In this document: one piece after another, positions 25,655-40,625 of the stretch
Numbering within the stretch: position 1 is the first letter of the stretch
Layout of the letters: each line of letters opens with the position of its first letter
DNA from: Eledone cirrhosa
Lineage: Eukaryota
Reading direction: 5' to 3'
DNA length: 64,000 nucleotides
Assembly (NCBI GenBank): GCA_964016885.1
Contig: OZ024742.1
Coordinates: forward strand, 148,614,001 to 148,678,000
The notes under the pieces: model-generated
Told to the model about the DNA's origin: nothing
The model's input: the letters and a program-made list of their open reading frames with translations, nothing else
The model's database searches: none
Translations under genes and position numbers: made by a program

Positions 25655-26095
25655 TTCACGAAGGCTTTTTTTTTTTTAAATATAATTTGGTTGGTTATAA
25701 ATGAAATTATGGCTGTCACGTGAACAAGTTCATTAAATTTCGCGCCCGTATTTGTGAATTTATTTTGTAGCCTTTTAGAGAATATTATGACAATAAAAAA
25801 AATGGCTCACGAAGGCTTTTTTTTATGTAATTTGATTGGTTATAAATGAAATTATGCTGTCACGTGAACAAGTTCATTAAATTTCGCGCCCGTATCTGTG
25901 AATTTATTTTGTAGCCTTTTAGAGAATATTATGACAATAAAAAAAGTGGTTCACGAAGGCTTTTTTTTTTTTTTTAATGCAATTTGATTGGTTATAAATG
26001 AAATTATGACTGTCACGTGAACAAGTTCCGCGCCCGTATTTGGGGAATTTATTTTGTAACCTTTTAGAGAATTTTTTGACAAGCAAAAGAATGGT
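25655..26095. repeat. Three ~145-150-bp tandem units inside the PLE pLTR
   Basis: Units begin tcacgaaggcttttt at ~25656, ~25807 and ~25951. Confidence 0.85.
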
Positions 26096-26208
26096 CAAGA
26101 GAAATAGGATGGGAGAATTGTTCTGGTTCAGTGGATATGGCTAGGTTGCTGGGGTGTCAGAGTTCAGATTTTCTATTGAAATAAAGAAAGTAGACATATG
26201 TATGTTTA

Positions 26209-26290
<82 letters not shown>

Positions 26291-26765
26291 GGAAGATGAT
26301 TATATTGGTAGAAATAGGGGAGGGAGTTGTGTGTGTGTGTATATGGGTGTTATATGTGTGTGTGAGTATGTTAAGATTGAGAGAATATATATATTTTGTG
26401 TGTGTGAGTGTAGGAAAGTGATTCTATTAGTAGAAATTGGGGAGGGAGTTGTGTGTGTATGGGGGGTCTTAAGTGTGTGTGTATGGGTGTTATGTGTGTG
26501 TGGGAGTATGGGAGTATGGTTAGCATGCTAAGATGAAGAGAATATATATATATTGTGTGTGTGTAGGAGAATGATTCCGTTAGTAGGAATATTTTTGAAT
26601 GAACATATTTTCCTTACTTATTCGTATTTGTTCGGTTGTATTGTCAGCGCAAACGTATGTTAAGGTTTATTTAGTTCGCGTTATTTTCTAAAGTAGCAGG
26701 TGTTATGTGTGTGTGTATGTTTCTGTTTGGATGGTTAGCATGTTATGGTGTTGACATAATGTATA

Positions 26766-27478
26766 TTAAACCATATTTAATGCTGGTCTATATTTTTGAA
26801 TAAACATATTTTCCTTATTTATTCGTATTTGTTCTGTTGTATTGTTAGCGCAAAGGTAAAATGGGAAAACTTGGAATTTTGGTGTCTTATTACTTTCGCA
26901 AATGTCTAGATATGCGCTTAGTGGTATCTGTCTCGTGGTTGGATCTCGTAATTGTTGGCGATGAACTGTCATTCTATTTCTGAGTGTGAGTTTAGTTTGT
27001 CCTATATAATGCTCATTGCATCCTTTACATTTAATGGCATAAATTAGATCTTTTGATGATCAAGTGAAGTGATTTTTTACAGCAAAATTTTGTCCTGATT
27101 TAAATGTATACGTGTTGCCTTCAATGAGGTGAGTGCAGGTTCCACAATTAGAGCGATCACATTTTTGGACAGTTTATTGTGGGTTTGTGGTAGGTAATTT
27201 GGCATTGGTGAGTAATGTTTTCAGTGATTTCGGTTGTCTTTTGCTTTTGATTATGTTGTGTGTTTCAAGGGCTTTTTTCATTCTTGGGTTTTGTTTCAGT
27301 AGTTGGTCGAGTATGTGAGACCAAAGAATAAGACAATCATCCAAGTAGCGTTTCCAATTCTCTGATAAATATTTGTGGAAGTTCAATCCGCATTTTGATT
27401 TGGACTGTTCATAAATCTGGACTTCTAAGTATGCCATGATTAAGTTAGCATAAGTCGGAGCGGCTTTTGTACCATATA
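26766..27478 (-). pseudogene. PLE RT-GIY-YIG polyprotein remnant
   Basis: GTKAAPTYANLIMAYLE...WKRYLDDCLILW (RT), KCDRSNCGTC (linker Cys), LIYAIKCKGCNEHYIGQT..LRNRMTVH...R..KE..FIQKY.P.LN (GIY-YIG). Confidence 0.9.
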
Positions 27479-27659
27479 AAACAAGTAACATTCAAAGACC
27501 AACCAGATGTGAGAAAAACCACAGACCCTCCATCACAACTCTACTTTTGAAAAGCAGAAGAACTGCGAAACCGGTAAAGGAACCAAATAAATATATATAT
27601 ATTTTTTTTAATAAGACTCCAGTTGCATTTTCGATTTCATCTTTTTTTCTATATATATA

Positions 27660-27783
<124 letters not shown>

Positions 27784-27969
27784 CACATATATATATATGC
27801 AGAGGAATTTTCTCAAAGTTGACATCTACAGCAAAATTTCAATTTAACAGGAGAGACAAATTTTTCACAAATGAAAATAGTTTTATTTTTTGTACTCTTC
27901 AAAATTTATTTTTTTATATTTGTTTGCTTTCTTTTTTTATTTTTTCCCACACCTCTCTCTCTCTCATAA

Positions 27970-28471
<502 letters not shown>

Positions 28472-29145
28472 AAACGTTTGTAGTTGCAAGCCCAAGACAA
28501 TGCAGGTATGGATATAGAATATAAATGCAAATGCAAAAGATATTGTTGACAATTAGTCCTTTACCTTAACTTTATTTAAATATCCTTAATTTTCGAGATA
28601 ATATCTCTTCTTCGGAGGGAAGTAAAGTGGTTAATCCAGTGTTCTAATTAGCTTGCCAAGTCATGCTGACAGGAAATGGTATAGAGATTCCATTCTATCT
28701 CTTAATGTCAAAGAGTGAAGGTTAGGTGGATAAAGAGTAGTCTCCCTTTAAAATGGGTTTTTACATGTATGTTTAAGTGTGTGGGAGAATACGTGAAGGC
28801 GTAAGTATGTGTGTGAGTGTGAGAAGATATGTCTATACGAAAATGTCGGAGCCAGATGCTCTATCATGTTAAAACTGGTCTTTGTGTGTGTATGTGTGTG
28901 AGAGAGAATAAGTGGAGGTGTAATCGTGTGTGTGTGTGTGTGCGTGTGCGTGTGTGTGTGTGCGTGTGTGTGAGAGGGTGGTGTAAGCGTGGGGCTAGGT
29001 GCTCTATCATGTTATAAATTGAGTGTTGAGTTCTAGTCTGTTATTGATTGGTGGTTGTGTTTTGCGGAAATCAGTGCTTCCTTAATTCTAAGATTGCCGA
29101 GGTTTCTTTCCTTAGTCTCTATCCTAACTGTTATGTTTTTGTCAA
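28472..29145 (-). mobile_element. 3' end of a second PLE with a decayed hammerhead
   Basis: Minus strand DKNITVRIETKERNLGNLRIKEALI (GIY-YIG C-terminus-like, ~29013-29143); ccct CCGAAGA agaga tatta tctc GAAA at TA agga at 28583-28620; tail runs into (TA)n. Confidence 0.6.
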
Positions 29146-29300
29146 ATATATATATGTATAGGAGGAAGTTGTAGTTCACTTGAAGCATTGTGTAATGAGG
29201 TATAAACAAATTTTTCGCAGATGAAAATAGTTTTATTTTTTGTACTCTTTCAAAATTTATTTTATATATTTATTTTATATATATATGTATATATATATAT

Positions 29301-29689
29301 ATTGAGTATATGTTGGTTGTTTACCGACACCTCAGTATGCATATTGGAGTACTCGACGAAGTACGCAGGTTGGTTGGTTTACTCCGGAGTAATGTAAAAT
29401 AATTAAGTCAAATATGTAAAATTTGGCTTCGTTTATTATAAATTATAGATATACTACTATATATATTTCGGTGACAGCCATCATTGGCTGTGACCTCTTC
29501 AGGCAGTCCGAATTGGTGTGGGGAAAGACAGGTACACATGTTGTTGAAGTGTGTTTTACTCCGTCAATACATCGATATGTCCAGCTCCTGGTTGTGTTGT
29601 TATTCTTCTGAGGAACTGGAATCATAATTTATAACTTATTCATAATTTATAATAAACGAAGCCAAATTTTATATATTTCACTTAATTAT

Positions 29690-29690
<1 letters not shown>
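29301..29690 (-). mobile_element. Family B hammerhead cassette (copy 2)
   Basis: Homologous to 9413-9900, with a short inverted arm at ~29645-29690. Confidence 0.85.
29453..29507 (-). ncRNA. Type I hammerhead ribozyme
   Basis: actgc CTGAAGA ggtcacagcca atga tggctgtcacc GAAA tatata TA gtagt. Confidence 0.85.
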
Positions 29691-29745
<55 letters not shown>

Positions 29746-29789
29746 ATATGTATTTATATTTATATATATATACATTCTAAAAAAAAGTC

Positions 29790-30068
29790 TAAAGTCTGTC
29801 TTAAGCCAGAAGGCTCATTAGGCCGGTGCTTATCCCGGTTTAATGGCATGAAGCGGTTGAGAGTATAAGACTCGCCCCTGGACAAGACGCCAGTCCATTG
29901 CAGGGTTAAATCCCCAGCTATTGCTGGTACTCAATTTCAGCGGAGTATACTGGACCAACGAATAATGGAGTGTTTTGCTCAAGAACATAAATTGCAACCC
30001 AGGAATCGAACCCACGACATTATGATCGTAGAATGAACATCTTTACCACTAGGTCACGTGCCTCCACA
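29790..30068 (-). mobile_element. Second tRNA-derived SINE family (Meta-domain-like body)
   Basis: gtggaggcacgtgacctagtggta...ggttcgattcc...gttcttgagcaaaacact...cctgcaatggactggcgtcttgtccagggg; partial copies at 30203-30272 (+) and 52911-53050 (+). Confidence 0.8.
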
Positions 30069-30097
30069 TATATAAACATTACATATATATATATATA

Positions 30098-30169
<72 letters not shown>

Positions 30170-30289
30170 CACACACACATATATATATATATGTAATGTT
30201 TATGTGGTAAAGATGTTCATCCTACGATCATAATGTCGTGGGTTGCAATTTATGTTCTTGAGCAAAACACTCATATACATATATGTATC

Positions 30290-30920
30290 ATATATTGAGT
30301 TATAAACTCGAAATAGTCTTTTACAATTAAATAGCTCAAAGAAGGGAATATTTCCGAGCCGTGTAATACAAATGAATATATGAGAGGGATGAACACATAC
30401 AAGTATACATGTGTTCGAATTGCAAATAACCAAGTTAGTTAGGTTGAAAAATACTAATTTAAAATAATATATAACTCAAGTTTATAACTCAATATATGAT
30501 ATTCTCGGCTCCATACGTAGAGCTAATTTTAGTCCCATAAAACCGGCTGCTTTTTTTAGCGGCACGAGTATGAGACGTGTTAGGCGCTGTGACATGTGCG
30601 TTCAACAACACATATTTCTCAGTCTTCTTAAGTATTTTGAATTGAAAGGTACGAATTTCCTGGATACCCGCAGAAGAGCACAGGGATAGTGACTTTCACT
30701 TAATAATTGTTGTGAAACAAATTTAGAATTTGTCCGGGTATCACGGCCATTGCCAATATAGGTTTGTTATTTTTATTGATTTATTACTTTAAATCGAGAC
30801 AGGCAAACCATATTATTTTAAATTAGTATTTTCCAACCTAACTAACTTGGTCATTTGCAATTCGAACACACGTATAATTGTATCAGTGTTCATCCCTCTC
30901 ATATATATTCATTTGTATTA
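30290..30920. repeat. Diverged inverted-repeat cassette between microsatellites
   Basis: ~30364-30469 is the inverted copy of ~30811-30920; a shorter IR pairs 30286-30308 with 30478-30501. Confidence 0.65.
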
Positions 30921-30945
30921 CATATATGTATATACATATATACAT

Positions 30946-31015
<70 letters not shown>

Positions 31016-31018
31016 CAT

Positions 31019-31068
<50 letters not shown>

Positions 31069-31071
31069 CAT

Positions 31072-31141
<70 letters not shown>

Positions 31142-31149
31142 CGTGCGTG

Positions 31150-31202
<53 letters not shown>

Positions 31203-33079
31203 TTATTTATATTCAACAATTTTTCTTTCGTTAAACAAGTGTCGGATATTGTGTGTTTCTATGGAAACAGTAGGTTTTAGTGTGTTTTTTATGGCGTACT
31301 TTTACGCTGAAGCTTTACTTACATAACACACTGTTGTTATTTATTGTTTAGTTGTATTTTTTACATGTAAACGTTGAGTGTAGCCGATTATCACTGTATA
31401 AACTGCATAAGGATTTTATTGCTCCTATTCTCAACACCACTACTGACATCTAGTAGTGTTTTGTAACGATCTCACATTTATTGGCGGGCTCTGTTGGCAG
31501 ATAGTAGGTTCCAGTGAAAATGCAAAGTGATTAAATATACACATAAATATACGTAAACTTAACTTGTTTCATTAACTCGGTGTTTCATTGTTCTTATGTT
31601 TTATGATCTATGGAGATAAACGAAAATCGGAGCGGCGAATCTCTTAAAAGCCTAGAATCTAAGTTTTCAAAAAAAAAGAAGAAAATAAAGATGGCGTATG
31701 GCAGCTTCGTATTGATTTTATTTTATTTTTTCCTTTGACCTGCAGTTAGCGATAAAATGAAAAAGTAACAGATGTAATTTGAGGTTTACTTAATGTTCAA
31801 TATATATCTCGTACTTATGTCTCCCTTTTAATTTTATAGTTTTTTTAGATTTTTCTTTCTGTCTCCTTTTTCCTTCAATGCTCGCTTTCCTCTTTCTCGC
31901 TTTCTTTTTCTCTCGTTTTAGCCTATTGATCTCTCTGTCTTTCTCCCTTTCTATCTCTTTTTTCCATATTTTCTCCCCATCAATTCATTACAGTGATAGT
32001 AGGTCCTGTAAAAAAATCATTAGAAATGATAATGTTATGGCTTAAGATCTCAAGTTTATAGGAGAGTGGGTGGGAAATAAGATGTTGTGTCGTAAGTAAA
32101 GTGAAGTGAGTTATAGTTTCTGAAGTGAACGTAACTGCCGAATCGTTACAACTTATTCTGCAAGTACTCATAATATTATCTGACTTTATCCTTCCGATAT
32201 TGTTATTCACGAGACGTTTTGTTTATTGATTTGTATCTTTCCTGAAATATGTGCGGACCAAGAGAAACACATTATGTTGAAGCCAACATTTTTTTTAATC
32301 CATGGCAGACGATAATTTTAACCAAGTTAATAATTCAGTAACTATACATTTAGCTCGTTTTACTGACTCTCATCGCCATTTAAAAAAATGTAAATATAAA
32401 TATTCAGTACATCATATTTCTCTACTTTTTCACTTCTTTTCCTTTTTTCATACTTTTTATTTTTTTTTTATTCTTAAAACTAGGCAATACAGTTTCAATT
32501 ACTCCAGTAATTTAGGTTTTGGACTTCCTTTTTACGATAAAATTATACATTTTAAGAACTTTTTATGATAATTTAATAGAAGCTTTATCTAAACAATGTT
32601 AGATTTCCCCACACACGCACTTTCCTTCCGTTATTCTGCTATTGCGCTATTCTCACTCATGTCTTTTAGAGGAAAATGAAACGAGAGACATCAGTATTAT
32701 TGTTTTATCATGAATTATTCATTTATTTAAGAATTCACGCACGTACACGAAGGCACATATACACACGGACAAGCTGCAAATATCCGATATGACGGAAAAA
32801 GAAATAATAGTAAAACAATTTACATGTTTATGTGAAGAAAGTGAATTAATCAAACGCTTTAAAACAGCCTAATACACGTTAAAAGTCGATAGGGTAGCGA
32901 ACTACCAACCGGAACGATAACGTTTCGTATTCTGTCACCGACACTATTGTGTTTCCATAAGACATTTAACGCTGAATGGACCCAAACCAGCTAGCTTTAA
33001 GTGACCAAAATTACCTGGCTGTGTACACATCACCCAGCTGTAAACATGTGCCGTCGTAAATACACGTAGTAATGTAAAA

Positions 33080-34330
33080 CTGATGAGAGATTCGTTACCT
33101 TTTCGTGTAGCTTGAAAATCTTGATATCAAAGTGTTCCTTGAAGTTATTTTTTTCTAGTGATGCCGTCGAATGAAAAAAATGTTTTTCAGGCTTATTGAT
33201 TTATGATCATATCTTGCTCAAAGATATGAACACATTGGTTGGTATATGAGAGAGCTTCTCCCAGGCTTTTTGTGGTGTATGGGTAATAGTTTCTGATATC
33301 AAATTCTGAAAGTATGTAGTTTTCATGTTAAATAAACTTAGCTCATTTTATTACTGCATCTATATTTTTTCGAACTAGGTGTGTGTTATATTGATTTTCG
33401 GGATAATTTTGTTTAGAATTGCTTTGCTGCTTTTACCGGTGGGATGTTGTTGAGTTTATTAATCTAAAGGATATGTTTCTTTGTGATTTTTGAAAATTTT
33501 GGCTGTTTTTTTATGGTCAGTATTTTGACTCTATCTTTGGTATCTATCTTTTTTAAGGACGTGGGGGGGGGCTATTTGTGTAGTTTTTATGCTAATGTCA
33601 ATATATCTATTTAAAGAATGTTTGTAGGTAACTGTTATGGAGTTGGATAATACTCTTTTGGGGCTGGAGTTTATTTTTGTACATGTACTTTATTTTCTCG
33701 GAATGTTGATGGCTTTGAGAGTGATATATTTGTCTTGGGATCATTCTGGAATCTATTCATGCAGTTTGTACACGTTATATTCCTTATTAACTGGGAGCGG
33801 TCTTGTTTGAAGTTAGTGAGCAGCTTATTGAAAATGGGAAATTTAATTGATTTTAAGACTAATCTAGGTTTAGGTGCGGTGTTTTGAGTATCCTCATCAA
33901 ATTCTAAGACCTTCTATCTAAGTCTTTCAATGAAGCTCTTCGGCAGATCTGTCTTCAGATTTTCCCCTGTCTTTCTTGATTTGCTTTTGAGGTATGTAAT
34001 AGTGCTCAGTATTAAGAAGCCATTTAGAAGAGCAATTAGGGTTTACTACGTAGGACTACCTCTAAGAGAGAACTCAATAAGTTTGCAGAATAAAGATTTA
34101 TTTTGAGAATTATCTGGTTGAATTCTTTACAGTGATCATTGGCTACATCTCTGGGTTGAAAACATCGGACTACTGAAGAATTGAGAAATTAAGTTGTATA
34201 TATCGGTGGTTGGTTTGGCTTGGAGGATTGTTTTTATCTGTTAATACAGGTGGTGTTTGAGTGTGAAGTGTATTATATATTAGGTTAGATAAGACAGATT
34301 TAGGGTCATAAAGGAATAAATGAATTTAGA
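33080..34330 (-). pseudogene. Heavily decayed PLE-like ORF remnant
   Basis: Minus strand DLPKSFIERLR*KVLEFDE resembles the PLE N-terminal FI.R.RWK..FF motif; otherwise riddled with stops. Confidence 0.35.
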
Positions 34331-34797
34331 TGAATTGCCATACCATAAAAACTGACCTAAAATCCAAATTCATCTTAGTCTTGTATGACCAAACATTTCT
34401 ATTGTCCAAACAAGTATACACCTCACCAACACACACACACATACACAATCACTAATCGAATTAACAGATAAAACAAGTGAAAATAGAGACAACATCACCA
34501 GAACTCACTCATTTGATACAGCACACAACCGAAACGCCCGCAAGACAAACTGAACATCTAGGAATATAACGTAATTTTCTTATTTTGTTTTCATTAGTCT
34601 TAATATCTCCAGCGCCGGTTTAGATCGGTGACCTGTGTGAATAAGTGAACCTTCAATAAATCAATGAATCTCATTAAATCTTTACTCTGCAAACTTATTA
34701 AGCTACATATTCAAAAAGATAGTAGTACATAATATGAGCTTATTCCTTTCACACACACACACACACATACACACACATATATATATATATATATATA

Positions 34798-34875
34798 CAG
34801 GGTGTCCCCAAAAATGTATACACACTTTGATTAGACAGCTGTTGAAGTGTGTATACATTTATGGGGGATATCCTG
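34798..34875. mobile_element. 78-bp Tc1/mariner-type mini-MITE
   Basis: cagggtgtccccaaaaatgtatacacactt ... aagtgtgtatacatttatgggggatatcctg, with TA on both flanks. Confidence 0.8.
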
Positions 34876-34879
34876 TATA

Positions 34880-36736
<1,857 letters not shown>

Positions 36737-37194
36737 TAAAGTTATATTTACAATTGTTGGGTTACAACTAGTAAATATTTATAACTGATATAAAAGCACT
36801 CGACAAATATTTGGAGTATATTTACAATATTAAATAAATGGAAAACTATATTTATAAAACCATATTTATTTCATTATATATATTTCGGGGATATCATATT
36901 AACAATATGCTATGCCTTCATCAGACAAAATACAATATAAACAGTTTTATAGATAAATATATTCGACATACCGTAATAAACATCAACTTCATTTGAAGAG
37001 GTTTACGCTAGCGTAAACCTCTTCAAATGAAGTTGATGTTTATTACGGTATGTCGAATATATTTATCTATAAAACTGTTTATATTGTATTTTGTCTGATG
37101 AAGGCATAGCATATTGTTAATATGATATCCCCGAAATATATATAATGAAATAAATATGGTTTTATAAATATAGTTTTCCATTTATTTAATATTG

Positions 37195-37196
<2 letters not shown>
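36737..37196 (-). mobile_element. Fold-back hammerhead cassette, family E: 374-bp spacer-less palindrome plus tail
   Basis: 187-bp arms 36823-37009/37010-37196 centred on gctagc; tail 36737-36822 carries the bulged stem. Confidence 0.88.
37088..37151 (+). ncRNA. Type I hammerhead ribozyme (mirror copy at 36868-36931, minus strand)
   Basis: attttgt CTGATGA aggcatagcatatt gtt aatatgatatcccc GAAA tatata TA atgaaat. Confidence 0.85.
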
Positions 37197-37293
<97 letters not shown>

Positions 37294-37301
37294 ATATATA
37301 T

Positions 37302-37567
37302 GGGGAGGGTCATATTTGTGTGATATTGCCAGAATTAATAACAGAACACACCCACTGTTTGGTTGGTTTTCGCTTTTCGCTTCTGTATCTTTTATATCGG
37401 CAATCTAATTTATTCGGTCCTCAATGTTGTCAGTCAATGGCAACATTGAGGACCGAATAAATTAGATTGCCGATATAAAAGACACAGAAGCGAAAACCAA
37501 CCAAACAGTGAGTGTGTTCTGTTATTAATTCTGGCAATATTACACAAATATGACCCTCCCCAAGTAT

Positions 37568-37572
<5 letters not shown>
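37302..37572 (+). mobile_element. Fold-back cassette, family F (~125-bp arms)
   Basis: Palindrome centred on ggtcctcaatgttg tcagtcaatgg caacattgaggacc gaat; (TA)n flanks. Confidence 0.75.
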
Positions 37573-37627
<55 letters not shown>

Positions 37628-38555
37628 GCGATTCTTTTAACATCACCCTTCCTCTTAAAATCTGTAAGAAATAGTTTTAAAACTTTCTATGAACCAGAAG
37701 TTATAGAACAAATAATAAACACGATGAACGGTTTTCTTTTTTTTCCAACTTAAGCCATTTCATTACACTTACACTGTAAATTTTCTTGGCAATTCTATAC
37801 TTCTCGTAAAATATAAAGCATGTTTTTTCGTGTTTTTCATTGTTTTTTTTGTTGTTTTTTTTTTTTTGTTTTTTTTTTGTTTTGCTTAATTTCAAAAACA
37901 AAATCAATGAATTTACAAATTTAATGTTATTGCCGATAGTATCCCAGCTAGATACTATTTCTCAACTGTCAAATAATGTTTAAACCTTAACTGATGTTAT
38001 CACTGCCATGTTTCACTTACCCTATTGTTATTAGTAGTAATAGTAGTATTATCATCATCATCATCATCGTCGTCGTCGCCGTAGTTGTTGTTGTTACCAC
38101 AAACGCCAACGCCATTTACTCATTTATTTTAAAGTCTAATTTCCGACTTTAACTTGATGGAAACACTTAAGGGAGAATGAAGTAGTTTCTATAAAACTAT
38201 AACACCAATTACATTTTACTGAAGACATGCTGGCAGAATACATCAATAATAAATCATAATTAGAGATCATTTTTCCTGCCGCTTAATTTATACTTAAACA
38301 TTACTGAATAATTTATACATCTAATCAACTCTACTCTGTTTCACTACCATATATTTTTTTGTATTTATTTATTTAATGTTACACACACAGGTGATGGGGA
38401 AAAAATATTTGTGTTTAGACAAAAGGTTAATATTCGTGATTGAAATGAGTCTTAGTAATCGTTTGAAACGGTCCGAATAGCTGAGTATATTTCTGGTACT
38501 TTTTTTCATAGGATGTGTTTGGATAATGTTACTCGATATGGTGTTCGAAGATCAG

Positions 38556-38749
38556 CAGACTTATCAACTCTCCCCGTCCGACGGGGAGATCTTCCATCCA
38601 CTTTGGGGTGGGGAGAGATGTCTTCTCTTGTGAAAATGGTTATAGCTTTCATTTTGTAAAATCTTCCCATTTTGCCTCATTTCTCCCCGTATAGGGGTAC
38701 TCTTTTTCATGGTACTCCCCGTTTAAATTTTTAGAGGTTGGTAGGTCTC
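38556..38749 (-). mobile_element. MITE, same family as 16151, with 6-bp TSD
   Basis: gatcag flanks both ends (38550-38555, 38750-38755). Confidence 0.8.
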
Positions 38750-39043
38750 GATCAGGGAGTCACTTCAGGTAGAGACATTTTAGGCAGGGGAAAGTCGATT
38801 ATATCGACCCAAGTACTTGGCTAATCTTTATCTTATCGACCTAGGAAGGGTGAAATGTAAAGTTGACGCGGTAGGATTTGAACTCAGAACATAAAGAGCC
38901 TCACTAAATACAAATATTTCTACTGTCATTGCCACAACCATATTATTCTAATTGTTTTTTTCATTTTTTCAATTCCTCAATTTTGTTCATGTTTCAATTT
39001 ATTTCATTCTAGTCTACATTAACTTACTTTAATATTTCATCAA

Positions 39044-39252
39044 CATCATGTATTATCACCATTACTATTATCATTGTCTTTATTATTACTACATCATGTA
39101 TTATCATTGTCTTTATTATTACTACATCATGTATTATCATTGTCTTTATTATTACTACATCATGTATTATCACCATTACTATTATCATTGTCTTTATTAT
39201 TACTACATCATGTATTATCACCATTACTATTATCATTGTCTTTATTATTACT
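39044..39252. repeat. Minisatellite built from catcatgtattatca(ccattactattatca)ttgtctttattattacta units
   Basis: About five units in long and short forms. Confidence 0.85.
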
Positions 39253-39259
39253 ACTAGAC

Positions 39260-39480
39260 AGGGCGGTGGATTGGCAGTATCGGTAGAGAGTCGGACACCA
39301 TGCTTTACAGCATAGAGTTACGGTCCTTTACGACCTGAGTTCAAATCCCACCGAGGTTAACTTTGCTTTCATCCTTACAGGGTCGATAAAATAAAGCACC
39401 AGTAACGTACTGGGATCGATTTAATCGACTTTTCCCTCCCCAAAATTACTGGCCTTGTGCCTATACGAGAAATTATTATT
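39260..39480 (+). mobile_element. tRNA-derived SINE, long subfamily
   Basis: Full copy with the tcgatttaatcga segment. Confidence 0.9.
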
Positions 39481-40429
39481 ACTACTAGATGAAAGCGACG
39501 TCGTCTTCTCTCTCTTTCTGTCTCACACACACACTCTTTCACTCTCTCTCTATCTCTCCTTTTTTCTCTAAACAGATGACGTTCCTTTTCTCTCTCTATC
39601 TATGTACATCTCTTTCGCATCGCGCTCCCCCTCTCTCTATATATATAGATGAAGGGGGAGTGATAACTTTCTGTCTATCTACCTCTTTCTGTCACCTCGG
39701 AAACACACGGCGTTGCCTTTTTCTCTCTCTATTTATGTACATATCTCTCGCTTGATGCTCCCCCTCTATATATAAAGTGAGTGTGACGGACGGACAGATA
39801 TTTTTCGTTTGAAATATTTCCTAGATTTTAAATAAATACGCCCAAAGATAACGCTCTTAATATAATACTAGATGTTTTTCAACACGCTGACGCGTATGTG
39901 TATCTGTGTGTGTGTGTGTGTGTACATATGCATACATTTATATGTATGAGTATATAAATATAAACGCGGAAACACAGATACACTTGCAAAAATATACATT
40001 CACACAAATATACATACATTCACACAAACACACACAAATATTCACACAAACACACGTACATTTACCAAAACACACATACACATACACATACACTCCCATA
40101 CAGTGTAGCAAATGGAACGCCAGCCACTGTTTTTTTGCTATAGTTTTTTTCGCCATCCCCTTTCTTCCTTTTACATACACATACATTCACACAAACACAC
40201 ACACACATTGTGTGACGGACGGACGGAAGCCGCTCAAATTTATATATAGATAGATTATCTTCATTCTCCCTAGCAGTAAGGGTTTGGGTAGTGTTGCAGA
40301 ATACAAGTTACTGTAGTTTTATTATTACTAATGTCATACACCACTGTTTCTTATTACCATCACCATAAACACAACCAATTTACTAGAAACACCCTTAGTT
40401 GAGCACCAGCACTAAATTCATACTTATTC

Positions 40430-40625
40430 TTACTGTTCAACCGCTCGCTGTCGAGACCTCAGGCGTACTTGGATCCCATACTGCCGAGCTCCTCCGCAAG
40501 ATCGAGACGTCAACAACCTGTCTGAGGGTGGCTGCTGCAGCTGTTGCAGCTGGTGTCGCTGGCCATTGTCCGTGGAATTGCTTTTGCGGTCCTGTCCATG
40601 GGGCGCATCCACAACACCGCCGCGC
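40430..40625 (+). pseudogene. CRE-like/RLE LINE C-terminal fragment
   Basis: QPLAVETSGVLGSHTAELLRKI, then (frameshift) WLLQ...SLAIVRGIAFAVL, matching the P.AVET.G..G...QR.S.A..RGNA motif. Confidence 0.65.

Larger units (their letters stand above)
25232..27650 (-). mobile_element. Penelope-like retroelement (Neptune-like), internally deleted, with an inverted pLTR fragment
   Basis: RT and GIY-YIG remnants at 26766-27478; 27473-27650 is the inverted copy of ~25298-25476; partial duplication of the ORF end at ~26593-26653; microsatellites at both ends. Confidence 0.85.

Noticed and set aside
25655-26095. CRISPR-like array (also 39044-39252 and 51200-52290)
   Set aside because: Units repeat in full without unique spacers; eukaryotic context; no cas genes.
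31993-32097. Candidate exon bounded by ttacag and gtaagt
   Set aside because: Stops in all three frames; no other support.
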